From assembly GCF_001194135.2 (NCBI RefSeq), contig NC_068991.1, positions 38,873,276-38,910,031 of the forward strand: a stretch of 36,756 nucleotides of DNA. Reading direction: 5' to 3'. The position numbers and the translations under genes were made by a program. Positions 23,054-34,749 of this stretch are shown here, one piece after another. Position 1 is the stretch's first letter. The number at the start of each line of letters is the position of its first letter. The notes beneath the pieces are model-generated. The model did no database searches. It had not been told where the DNA came from and saw nothing but the letters and a program-made list of their open reading frames with translations. The DNA is from Octopus bimaculoides (lineage: Eukaryota).

Positions 23054-23240
23054 CTAGGAAATATAGAAATTTCACCATGCTTAAGGAACAGTTAACATAA
23101 TACTTTAGTTAAATTTACACATTTTCCAAATGATGGAAAACTATGCAGCTTAAACAAAAGAATTCTGAAGAAAAATCTAAAAGTTCATAAACATAACTAA
23201 GGATAGCCTTGACAATGAAGTATAACAGCTGTACATTTAA

Positions 23241-23422
23241 CCCTTTAGCATTCAGATTATTCTAATTCATTCACATTGTTTTAGATTTATCATGCATTAT
23301 CTCGTAGCTTCAAGATTTCAATGATGTAATCACTTATTTTCAGAATGTTATTGTAGGATAGATATGAGAGGCGAGATTTAGCCAGAATAAATGAAAAAAA
23401 GGTAGGTTTAAATGCTAAAGGG
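23241..23422 (+). mobile_element. piggyBac-type MITE with TTAA TSD
   Basis: TTAA|CCCTTTAGCATT...AATGCTAAAGGG|TTAA: perfect 12-bp TIRs and a TTAA duplication. Confidence 0.85.
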
Positions 23423-23434
23423 TTAAGGAGCTGA

Positions 23435-23610
23435 TTATTCTTTTACTGCTTTCATTTATTAGACTGTAACAATGCTGGGTACCACCTTGAACGATATAGT
23501 TGAGTATATCAACCCCAGTACTTAACTGGTATTTATTTTATTGATTTGGAAGGTTGAAATTCAAAGTTGTCCTGGGTGGGATTTCAATAAAGAATGTAAA
23601 ATGGCAACTA
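23435..23610 (-). mobile_element. Degenerate SINE copy (Meta-domain-like family)
   Basis: Reverse complement resembles 14060-14207 (tactta.ctggtatttattttattgat...ttcaaagttgtc). Confidence 0.5.
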
Positions 23611-24313
23611 AATATGAATGTTTTACTGTTCTATATTCTACCAATTCTCACATTCATTACCCAGTCATGAATTTAAACCTTACTATATCTACAATATCAT
23701 ACTTAAAGATTAGGTAAATAAATTTACCTGTTTCAAATTGCCTACAAAAGCAAATGCTTCAACAAAAACTAACCAAGATGTATTAAAATGGAGAAGGCAG
23801 AATTCTGCTTTAAGAATGCCATATAATCCCTCATAACTTCAGCTTTTGGTATTTTCAGAAAATTTTTGCAAATTTGTATTCTATACATGGGGATTCACAC
23901 GACTAAGAAAAAATTTTTTTTGAAAAAAAAAATCACTTTAAATGTATTTATGGGGAGAAAGATATTGAAAAACAGCAATACATCAAAGTTACAAACAAAT
24001 GAAGCGGATATGAGGTGGTCATGAAATGTGCTAAAAATAACAGCTACATAACACTTAAACTACACACCCAATTTTTTTTTGGTGTTTTTTCTGCATAATT
24101 GTATGAATTCCCATGTGTAGAACACAAATCAGCAAAAATTTTCAGAACCCCCCCCACACACACACACAAAATGAATAGGTTATGTGGGTTTATAAGGGGT
24201 GCTTCAAGCAGAATTCTGCCAAAAAGAGAAATGGGCAATTCCTCAGTTGATCTAAAGAAAATAATGGAAATAACAGTTGTTACAACTGAAAAACAGAAAA
24301 ACAATCTACATAC

Positions 24314-24469
24314 AGCAACCAAGTGGTCTCATTTCTGCACTCTGTGTATAAACCTGGGAAATATCGGCTAAACGTTTGCATAGCATATCCACAGGTATTT
24401 CATACCCATATGTGTGCATCCATTTTGCAGCTTCATAACGTGCTCGCTGAACCTGAGAACGGCTGTCAG
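24314..24469 (-). CDS. PSMA6: PSMA6 coding exon
   Basis: ttacag / gtatgt boundaries, 156 nt. (A)[51 protein letters not shown]. Confidence 0.96.
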
Positions 24470-24555
24470 CTGTAATGATATAAATTAGTACAAGTAAAAC
24501 AATGAATAAAATAAAAAAAGGTCAAAACAGTTTAAAAAGGCAAAAATGTAAAAAT

Positions 24556-24590
<35 letters not shown>

Positions 24591-25943
24591 CAGACAATTT
24601 TTTTCAAATTTAATGATAACACACCTACTGTATCAAAGAATAAAACAACAATAGGCAGTACATATTTTCAGTAAGTCTGGCTTAGATTTCATTTACTCAT
24701 GTTAAAGGATTAATCACCAATCCTATATTAGAATATTCATCCTTATCTAGAGAAGAAAACTGCCCACACTAAGAGTTATAGCCAGCTATGTTCAGAATAG
24801 ACATACTAGTTAAAATAAGTATTGATTAAAAACTTTTGATTTATTTTTATTGTTGCTTAACCCCATATCTCATTGAGAAAACCTATGCATTTCAGCTATG
24901 AGCATCCACTTTTATTCAGATAAAGTGTATCCAAGATTACATTATCCAATGTGTCCACTCTTTTTTTAAGGCGGTATAGTTTAACCTAAGAGAGAATTAA
25001 GCCAATATTTCTAGCACTGGTCACACAGAGATTCCTTTGTCATCTTCATTTTATTTTTTTCATCTCTCAAATATGTCTTCTTTTTTTTTTGGTAAATTTG
25101 CAATGTACTGTATTATGTATTTTGTTACAGTGAAAGAGAGACTTCCATTTATACATCACAGATCTATGAATTGCGATTTGAGAGACTTATTTTCTATTGA
25201 GGTGGACTATGTCTTGGAGAAGATCTTGAAGACAATGTTTGTTTTCCATGCTGACATGGGTTGGATGGTCTGACAGGAGCTGGCCAACAATTTTTCCATA
25301 ATTTTACCATTTGGTATACCATAAAATTTGCACAAGAAACTTTGTGAGTTTTGTATCTCCTTGTGACTTTGTTAATTCATTATCACCACTGTTGTAATCC
25401 TTTCATCTGGACTGTTATAATGCCCACTCTGGTATAGCAGTATAGTTAGTTAGACAAGTAAAGATGTGACTATCTATGACTGTTTACTTCATACTCTCTC
25501 CTACCAACACTGACTGACAGTATTTATAATGACTAGGACATATCATTTGTCACGTGGAAGAGGTGTACCATTATTACTATTATCCGCATAACAAGCATGG
25601 AAAAGTTGTTGCTGTTGCGTGTGTGCATGCATGTGACCCTGTGTCTTTGTATTGACACCATTTGTCTATATCCTGCAGCTAGGCTAGTAAGGCTTGGCAC
25701 CAAGAAGGGCATCCAACTGCAGAATACTATGTCAGGAAGTCTCATCCAACTGATGCTACCATGGAAGAAAAGCAGGTGTAAAAAAAAATGATGATGATGA
25801 TGGTGGTGGTGTACACTAAGATGGTTCAAAGTGTAGGACAACTTATACAGTAGCACCAGACGTGAAAAAAAATTATATTCAATATGACAGTAGACAAACT
25901 ATTGTAATTAACAGATGAACTGATAAGTAAAAGTTTCACTAAC

Positions 25944-26025
25944 CTGTCATACCAGTCATCACACATCCAATGTGATCAGTTATTTGGTAAATATGTGTTA
26001 CAGTGGAAGGGTCCAATAACTTGTC
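25944..26025 (-). CDS. PSMA6: PSMA6 coding exon (most 5' exon found in the window)
   Basis: ttttgttttag / gttagt boundaries, 82 nt. DKLLDPSTVTHIYQITDHIGCVMTGMT(A). Confidence 0.95.
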
Positions 26026-26081
26026 CTAAAACAAAAAAATGCAATTTACTTCCAAGAAATTCTCTTTTTAATAATAATAAA

Positions 26082-26284
26082 CCCTTTAACATTCAGATTA
26101 CTCTGTCAAATGTAATGTTTATTTATTTCATTAAAAAAAAAAAACTAATCATGTATTATCTTGTAGCTATGAGGTTTTGAAGATGTGATTGCTTATTTTT
26201 AAAAACACATTGCAGAGTAGGTGTGAGAGGTTAGATCTATGTAGAATATTAGGGCTGGATATGGCCGGTTTAAATGCTAAAGGG
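26082..26284 (+). mobile_element. piggyBac-type MITE
   Basis: CCCTTTAACATTCAGATT...AATGCTAAAGGG. Same family as 23241-23422 and 6859-7078. Confidence 0.75.
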
Positions 26285-26289
26285 TTTAA

Positions 26290-27133
26290 CCCTTTAGTGT
26301 TCAAACCAGACGTACCCAGTCAAATTAATTCCCCTTTATTTGTTCAAGCCAGCCGTATTCGAAAGCTCTACGAAATCGCTAAAAAAATAAACAAACCATG
26401 TTATTGAATTCTCGGAGCTTTGAGATAATGCAAGATGAAGCCTTTCCCACCTTTATTCAAGCATAAATACTGTTGAATTATTTAGACCACATGGTTTTTT
26501 CAACATTTGAAGAGAAGTGTGTACCTTAGTTGTCAGCAAGTAGCAATTCTGACTTTGAAGGTTTTACTCTTGACAATATAGAAAATATAAATGAAAACAG
26601 GAGTATTTTGCCTTCGGATGAATCCGACATTGATATTTGTGAATATTTGTCAGATGAGGAAGATTTTGAGAACAAAAGTGATAAAAATGATACCGTAAAC
26701 ATGGCAACATGGTCAACACCAATCACTATTCCTGATTTCACAGAAAACACTGGTCCACAACACAATTTACCTCCTGACACTCAACCATTGGACTAACTAT
26801 TTTTATTTTTACCAGAAATTTTTTTCGCAAATGTGGAAGAAACAAACAAATATGTGCAATGTTTAATTTCTATTCACCGAAGAAACGATCCACTATGGCA
26901 GCCAACTTATACTGCGGAAATGAGAACGTTTTTCACAATTAATATTATGTTTGGTGTTAAACAGCTTCCTTGACTGTGGAACTGCTGGGGTCCATATATC
27001 TCAAGTATAATGTTGTAGAAGAGGTATTCGAAAATATATCAGTATTTACATTTAACTGATTCTGCTAATGCCCCCAGCAAAGATGACCCAAACTACTACC
27101 CCCTGTACAAAGTACATCCTGTAATTGAGTTAC
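26290..27133 (+). pseudogene. piggyBac element left end plus decayed PGBD-type transposase N-terminal part
   Basis: TTAA|CCCTTTAGTGTTCAAACC terminus. The acidic N-terminus MSASSNSDFEGF...PLD stops at 26796. Later frames give QYLHLTDSANAPSKDDPNYYPLYKVHPVIELL, similar to the piggyBac YLHF.D...DPLYKVRPL motif. Interrupted by a SINE at ~27134. Confidence 0.8.
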
Positions 27134-27302
27134 TTCCTCTTTTACTCGTTTCAGTCATTTGACTGCGGCCATGCTGGAGCACCGCCTTTAGTCGAGCAAA
27201 TCGACCCCCAGGACTTATTCTTTGCAAGCCTAGTACTCATTCTATCGGTTTCTTGCCAAACCGCTAAGTTACGGGGATGTAAACACACCAGCATCAGTTG
27301 TC
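27134..27302 (-). mobile_element. SINE 3' part inserted into the piggyBac remnant
   Basis: cttttactcgtttcagtcatttgactgcggccatgctggagcaccgcc..., the reverse of the family at 14209-14532. Runs into an N gap. Confidence 0.65.
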
Positions 27303-28792
27303 NNNNNNNNNNNNNNNNNNNNNNNNNNNNNNNNNNNNNNNNNNNNNNNNNNNNNNNNNNNNNNNNNNNNNNNNNNNNNNNNNNNNNNNNNNNNNNNNNN
27401 NNGTGCCTGCTGAGAAAAAACAACTTAACGTTCATTGTAAATTTTGCTTCCCTACCCTGTATATATATGATAATACAAATAATATGTGAGTATATGCATA
27501 TATACGTCCATGTATGTACATACCTACATTTACATGTATATATAGATGCATATCTGGGTACAGGACGTCACAAAAAAACGTGGACAAAATGAAAAACAAC
27601 ATAAACAGAGCACAGAAAACAAACAGGCCACATAGAGAATATTTCCTTCATCAGCTGCCCCTGTATATATATGTGTATGTATATATATATGTGTGTATAT
27701 ATACATATTTGTATATATATATATTTGTATATATATATATATATGTGTATATATATATATGTGCGGCGTATATATATATATATATATATANNNNNNNNNN
27801 AAGCGGACGTTAAACGATGATGATGATGATGATGATATATATATATCAGGTCACTTATGAGGCTCTCATAAGTGCTACAGGTAACATGGAATCCAGTATA
27901 ACCTGTTGCATGGTTGGGTTGCCGGCAACTAAACTGGCACCACCACCAGGCTATCCTGGTGAGTGGTGTTGCTAGAAGTCCAGCAGGATTAAAAACAAGA
28001 CCTGTTTAAAGGGCGGATTATCCTACTGCAAGCTCAACATCTATCTAGCAATAGCATGTGTATGCAGAAATTCCGGTATGGTGTCCGGTGTGCTGAAAGA
28101 CCACTAGGAGTGAGGCACCCCTCAGCTTCTATTGAAGCATGTCTCTAAGAGAAAGTCACTCTGATATAGAACCAGATATGCAGGGAATGGCATTGGACAT
28201 TTTGGGGATCTTTGGTTTGTGCTAGAGATCATGGCGCTCCCACATCCCTGAGCCTGCAACTCATATTGGTACCAGACATCTTGCTCTGGCTTGTCTCTGG
28301 ATAATGTCAATAAAGTGGAGGGGGTCTATGAGGTGTTGTGCAAGCCTTATTGGACTTAAAACTTTGCACAGGCATTGCTGACCTCTGCTCGATATGTGCC
28401 TTTTCTTTTTTTGTTCCTATATATATTTATTTTATTTTTAGTATATATTTATATATTTTTAGTATATTTTTAATTTTATTTGTTATTCAGAAGTCCTACA
28501 GTGATGGAAAGGTGGCAAAGCATGCAGACCTGATTTGTTGGAAGCACATAGGCGGCCCATGCTAGATATAAAGTTGACTCCTTGTTGCCCAAGACAGTGG
28601 TAGGATTCGGTTGCTGCATGAGTGTCTGAGCAGCTCCATTTGGAGAGGGCACTGCTGACCTGGAGGGCGAGGAAGTTCTAGAAAATGTGAACCATAAATT
28701 GCCTGTCTTTTTATATCTGGTCAGTTTAGCATGATTGACGGATGTCTACCCTGTGCTTGAAAAATTAAGATACTTTTATTTACAAAATCTGG

Positions 28793-31040
28793 ATGGAACT
28801 TGAACATTTCATGTTGGGATGTGCGCACTCTGTTGGATAACAAGAGTGATTGTAGGCCTAAAAGACGTCCTGCACNNNNNNNNNNACATTTCATGTTGGG
28901 ATGTGCGCACTCTGTTGGATAACAAGAGTGATTGTAGGCCTAAAAGACGTCCTGCACTTGCTGCTCGTGAGCTGGACCGTTATAACATTGATATAGCTGT
29001 ACTTTCAGAGACTCGTATAGAAGGTGATGGTCAGCTTGAGGAAGTAGGAGGTGGCTACATCTTTTTTTGGAAGGGGAGGCAGAAGGGGGAATGCAGAAAG
29101 GCTGGTGTTGGCTTTGCAGCTTGATCTGATATCCTTAAGAAGATGGAGGAGCTTCCTGTTCCAAGAAATGAATGTCTAATGACTCTGCGATTGCACCTGA
29201 AAGACGGGCAGTTTGCTATTCTAAGTGCCTATACACCTACTTTGATTAGCTGTGATGAAGATAAAAATATTTTTTATACCCAACTGAGAGCCATACTTAG
29301 GAAAATCCCCAATTCTGATAAAGTCAGTCTATTGGGGGATTTCAATGCCAGGGTTGGAACAGACTGGCAAACATGGAACTCTCTAGGACGTTTTAAAGTA
29401 GGGAAAATGAAAAGCAATGGTCTCATGCTGCTGGAGCTTTGCGATGAACATGGACTTTACATCGCAAACACTCATTTTATGCACAAAGGTAATCACACAA
29501 CAACATGGATGCATCCAAGGTCTAAAATTTGGCACTTGCTTGATTATGTCACCATCCGCAAGCATGACATCTATGACATTTGTAATGTCAAGTCCTTTCA
29601 TTAATTAGAATGCTGGACAGACCGCAGTCTGGTGTGAGCAAAGTTCTGGATAATGATTAAAGAGAAAGAGAGAAGAGGGCCAGTTAGCATTTGTTGGCAT
29701 CTGAATGTCCACAAGATATATGATGCTGTGTTGAGGAAAGAGCTTCAGACACGCTTGTCCAACATTGAAAATACTGCAGCATGGGAAGATTTTCGAGACC
29801 AAGTTCTACAATGTGCTGCTGAAACACTGGGATATGCTACTGCCAGACACAGAGACTGGTTTGATGAAAATGATGCTGAAGTTCAGCGACTATTGGCTGT
29901 AAAGCACCATGCCCACACTGTATTACTACATAGAGGACTTTCTACTGTGCAGTGAAATCTAGCGCTTGCCCATTATAGCAGTGTAAAATCACTACTGCAG
30001 TGATCTCTCAGGAAGATGCAGAACACTTGGTAGGAGGACCTTGCTCGTGATGTTCAGGCTGCTGCTGATGCAAATGACAGCAAGAAACTTTACCATCTTA
30101 TGAAGTAAGTTTATGGGCCTAAGAGCTCCACATCAGCTCCTTTGCTTTCCAAGGAGTCTTCCACTCTATTTACTGAACCAACAGAAATCACAGGTCACTG
30201 GATCGAACACTTCTCTGAACTCCTAAACCATGAATCAGTTGTGGATGAAACAGTGATTTATACTATGCAACAATGACCTATCATTGGTTCCTTAAATTAC
30301 GCGCCCTCAATAGATGAAGTTATGACATCAATAAGTAAATTGAATCTTGGTAGGGCACCTGTAAAGGATGGAATTTGTGCTGAGGTCTAGTGATTTGGTG
30401 GTGATTACATCATACTGTCCCTTCATGGACTTATTAGTGCAGTCTGGAGGGATGGTACAATGCCTAAGGACTGGAAGGATGCAATTATTCTTCCTCTCTA
30501 TAAAGTAAAAGGAGCCAGAACAATGTGCGGTAACTACAGAGGTATTGCTCTACTATCAGCTGCTGGCAAGGTTCTGGCAAATATTCTTCTTACCTGCCTG
30601 AATGGGTGTCTCGTAAATGATGTCCTCTCTGAATCTCAATGTGGCTTCCGATCTGGTAGAGGGACAATGGATATGATTTTCACAGCAAGACAGATGCAGG
30701 AGAAGTGCTATCAGCAGAATATGGATCTTGTCCAGGTATTCATAGATTTAACAAAGGCCTTTGATACTGTAAATAGGGCTTTCTATGGAAAATGCTTGAC
30801 AAACTTGGATGTCCGGATCACTTTGTATCTATAATCAAATCATTTCATAATGGGACGGAGGCTTGGGTCAATGTTGGTGGTGGCATGGCGGGACTCATTC
30901 CTATAGAGAATGGTGTCAAGCAGGGTGACATCCTTGCCCCAACTCTCTTTTCTTTGTACTTTGCTGCTGCTTTTACTCATGCTTTTACTAAGTTTGGCTC
31001 TCTGGGAATATATGTCAGATATCGATCTTCTGACATATAA
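28793..31040 (+). pseudogene. RTE (BovB-like) LINE ORF: AP endonuclease plus N-terminal half of RT, with stops and a frameshift, 3'-truncated
   Basis: WDVRTL, ELDRYNIDIAVLSETR, LLGDFNARVG, WMHPRSKIWHLLDYV, YRGIALLSAAGK, QCGFRSGRGT, FIDLTKAFDTV, QGDILAPTLFSLYF. In-frame stops at 29124, 29604 and 29955. 27850-28792 is probably its 5' UTR. Confidence 0.92.
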
Positions 31041-31271
31041 TAAATAAGTTCCTTTAATTCCGACACATGTTTTGAAAATTACATGCACTCTATTCCAAAA
31101 GAATAAAAGATGTTTTTATAAATGTAATTTTCTCTTCAGGTAACCATCCCAGTTTCTCTGTGACTTTTGCTACCCTGGTAACTATTAACATATTTACTTT
31201 ATCGAAGTTTTTCAACTAAGATAATATAAATACATACATAAATAAATATATACATATACATACATATATAT

Positions 31272-31851
31272 GAGGACATGCATAAGCTCGCAAGGAATGA
31301 AGCCAGTATTCTCCGCTGGATGTGTAATGTAAATGTGAATACCCGTCAGAGTGTAAGTATCTTGAGAGAAAAGCTGAACATANNNNNNNNNNNNNNNNNN
31401 NNNNNNNNNNNNNNNNNNNNNNNNNNNNNNNNNNNNNNNNNNNNNNNNNNNNNNNNNNNNNNNNNNNNNNNNNNNNNNNNNNNNNNNNNNNNNNNNNNNN
31501 NNNNNNNNNNNNNNNNNNNNNNNNNNNNNNNNNNGACCGTTGCCAGTACCGCCTGACTGGCCTTGTAGGGTTTTCGAGCGAGATCGTTGCCAGTGCCCCT
31601 GGACTGGCTCTTGTGCGGGTGGCACATAAAAGACACCATTTCGAGCGTGGCCGTTTTCGTGCGGGTGACGCGTAAAAGCACCCACTACACTCTCTGAGTG
31701 GTTGGCGTTAGGAAGGGCATCCAGCTGTAGAAACTCTGCCAAATTAGATTGGAGCCTGGTGTAGCCATCCGGTTGCACCAGTCCTCAGTCAAATCGTCCA
31801 ACCCATGCTAGCATGGAAAGCGGACGTTAAACGATGATGATGATGATGATG
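31272..31851 (+). mobile_element. RTE-type LINE 3' fragment with 3' UTR and (GAT)n tail (contains a gap)
   Basis: MHKLARNEASILRWMCNVNV...LREKLNI, followed by the shared tail. Confidence 0.8.
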
Positions 31852-32855
31852 AAGGAGATTCAGTGTCACACAAGATGTAACAAGGCTGGCTCTTTGAAAT
31901 ATAAGTACTGCTTGTTTTTGCCAGCTGACTGGTCTGGAGCAATGTGAAGTAAAGTGCCTTGCTCAAGGACACAAAGCACCTCTGGGTATTGAACTCACAA
32001 TCTTAATGATTGTGATCCAAATACCCTAACCACTAAGCCACACACCTTCTCACACACTCTAACTAAACACTCCCTCCTTTAATCACACACACACTATTCA
32101 TACCTTCTATATGCATGAACAAATGCCACTGTACCCCTGACCATTGCCTTCTCACTGCTACCAAATAAACAAGCTACTTACCATGGTTATACTCATAAAC
32201 CTACATTTACATGCATATACAGACACACACACACACACACTGCCTGTACCTCCTATACATACTCATGTACATGGATACATAGTTGAAATTTGTAGAAAAA
32301 TAAAAGACAAAGACAGGTGTATGAACAATAAGCAGGTGTATTAGTTTGATGCTCAGGAAAGTGAAAAAATCTTTTGTTTCAAGCCTATGCTCTTCAACAA
32401 AACAACTTATGGATAGAAACATACATGCATCTTCATCATCAGCATTTAACTACTGTTTTCCATGCTAGCATGAATATATGTTCGTGTGAGTACATATATA
32501 TACACGTATATACTACATACGTACATGCACTCAAATGCACACACCAGCAGGCACTCCTTTATCACCACAATTACCTCTCATACTTCCCATTAGTTGGAAC
32601 TTGAACATATGAGTCTTACCCCTGGCTTCCTTTCCTATTTTTTTCTATTTTTTCTGTTGTCTCCATTCTCTTCCTGGTCTCTCCCAAACTTTCCTTTAAT
32701 ATTCAACAAAGGACTATCTCTGGAACTCTATTTTACTTTTAACTTCTTCATTGAGTGACAGCCAAATGATATTATCTCTGAACATCGCTATCTATCTGTC
32801 TGTCCCACTTTATATATATGTATGTGTATGTATATATATATGTATATATATATCC

Positions 32856-33041
32856 CTTGTGCCTGTGGCACATAAAAAGCACCCACTACACTCTCAGAGT
32901 GGTTGGCGTTAGGAAGGGCATCCAGCTGTAGAAACTTTGCCATATCAGATTGACCCTGGTACAGTCTCTGGCTCACCAGTCCTCAGTCAAACTGTCCAAC
33001 CCATGCCAGTATGGAAAGCGGACGTTAAACGATGATGATGA
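32856..33041 (+). mobile_element. 5'-truncated LINE tail copy
   Basis: gtgcctgtggcacataaaaagcacccactacactc...gcggacgttaaacgatgatgatg. Confidence 0.8.
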
Positions 33042-33312
33042 GGATATATATCTCTAACTCCAAAAGTTTCTTTTATTCTCTCTCTCTTTATTTCCTCGTG
33101 TTCCTTTCTGTTGGAGAGTGTAGGCTCAAAGCATAAAAGACTTTCTTGCCTTCCCGAGCATCAGACTAATACACTTGCTTGGTGTTTATACACCTGTCTT
33201 TATCTTTTGTTTTTCTGTATATTTCAACTATAGATATGTATGTATGTATATGTTTGTATGTATATATATGTATGTATATATATGTATCTATGTATATATA
33301 TATGTATGTATA

Positions 33313-33859
33313 TATGAGGTTTTTATTCCCATGCTAGCCACCTGATATGATTGGTATTTTCAATAACAATCTTATCCTTATCTATATAAATTTATATACG
33401 TACTTCATCATTATATTCACTGTGGTGATATTTTGACCATATCGCACAAGGAATTTAGGCAGGCAATTTAAACTGGTCGTGTGCATACATTCATATATAT
33501 GTATACGTGCGTATATGTAAGTATTCATATGTTGCATATATATATATATATTTGTATTTATGTACTATTTTACATGTATTCCACTGATGAAGGCAAAGCA
33601 TTTCTTATGCAAAGCCAGAAATCTGAGATCTGGAATTATCCAATAAATTTTTTGCTAGTTTATTTTGTCTCTTTGTCTTCTCTCCTGGTGTTGTATGAAC
33701 ATTTAATGTGGTTTTAGAGTCAAGTTTTGGCTGCTATATCTAGCATGGTAGTATGTTTTAGATACCCTTAATTATAATTTTAATAATAATTATGAGGTTT
33801 TTATTCCCATGCTAGCCACCTGATATGACCGGTATTTTTAATAACTATCTTATCCTTAT
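33313..33859 (+). mobile_element. 478-bp unit bounded by 69-bp direct repeats, containing a hammerhead motif (retrozyme/Penelope pLTR-like)
   Basis: 33313-33381 and 33791-33859 differ at 4 of 69 positions. Hammerhead-like fold at 33578-33636, followed by AATAAA. Confidence 0.6.
33578..33636 (+). ncRNA. Type I hammerhead ribozyme-like motif
   Basis: AUUCCA-CUGAUGA-A-GGC(AAA GCAU UUCUU AUGC AAA)GCC-A-GAA-AUC(UGA)GAU-C|UGGAAU: 6-bp stem I, intact core, stem II, 3-bp stem III, AUC cleavage triplet. Confidence 0.65.
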
Positions 33860-33938
33860 TTATATATATATCTATCTATATATGTATATATATATGTATA
33901 CACAGATATATATATATATATATATATANNNNNNNNNN

Positions 33939-34206
33939 AATAAGGGTGAAAAATTGAATATTAATTTGATTAATATCAACTTAAAACCAGTGGCCTAGCA
34001 TATTGAAAAATCTGAAGATTCAGAAAAATTATATTACATAGATATAAGAGGGATGACCACTAAGTGGACATCCATTATGCTAAAAGAAGACCACCTATGG
34101 CCTGACCACTAAGAAAAGATTGTTCACAAGAAAATTTAGCAATATGCTAGGCCACTGGTTTTAAATTGATATTAATCAAATTAATATTCAATTTTTCACC
34201 CTTATT
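33939..34206. repeat. Inverted repeat with 67-bp arms and a 134-bp spacer
   Basis: 33939-34005 versus 34140-34206, one mismatch. The left arm abuts a 10-N gap. Confidence 0.75.
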
Positions 34207-34477
34207 ATTTAAATTTAAATGACCATGTTCTCTAACCAGCAAAATTCACTGCGGAGAATTATTTTTGGTATTTGGTGCGCCAAAACAAAGACTTTTGAAA
34301 TATAACCCCAAATGTAATTGGTAGAACTGTATACATGCTCAATGTCTCGTGTATAGTTCTGCAAATTATATTGCTATGACAATCACACTGATGAGTTGCA
34401 GACATTTGCGTAAGTGGTAACAACAAAACCAGGTTTGTGATTAATCTTTATATTTTGTATCTTTTCTACCTCAACAA

Positions 34478-34738
34478 AGACCTAATCGGCAGCATAGATT
34501 TCTTCTGCTGCACAACACCCGCCTTCACACCGCCAATATGACTAAGGAAGCCATTCAATCGCATGGCTGGGAAGTGCTGCCACACCCACCGTACTCTTCT
34601 GATTTGGCACCAACTGATTTCCACCTCTTGCGATCTCTTTCAAATGCTATGTGCAGTGTTTCATTCAGTACTGATGCAGAATTGAGAGCTTGGTTGGATC
34701 AATTTTTTGAGTCAAAATCAGGTAATTTCTACCAATGA
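34478..34738 (+). pseudogene. Mariner (DD34D-type) transposase C-terminal fragment
   Basis: GWEVLPHPPYSSDLAPTDFHLLRSLSN...FFESK..FY matches the mariner YSPDLAPSDYHLF motif, preceded by a degenerate LLHDNARPH. Confidence 0.85.
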
Positions 34739-34749
34739 CATATTGATAT

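Noticed and set aside
28804-28957. Exact 72-bp tandem duplication in the RTE ORF start
   Set aside because: The two identical copies flank a 10-N gap (28876-28885), typical of unmerged overlapping contig ends.
33108-33140. Hammerhead-like stem (gagtgtaggctc) in another repeat
   Set aside because: The CUGANGA and GAAA cores are absent in this copy (ttggaga, caaag).
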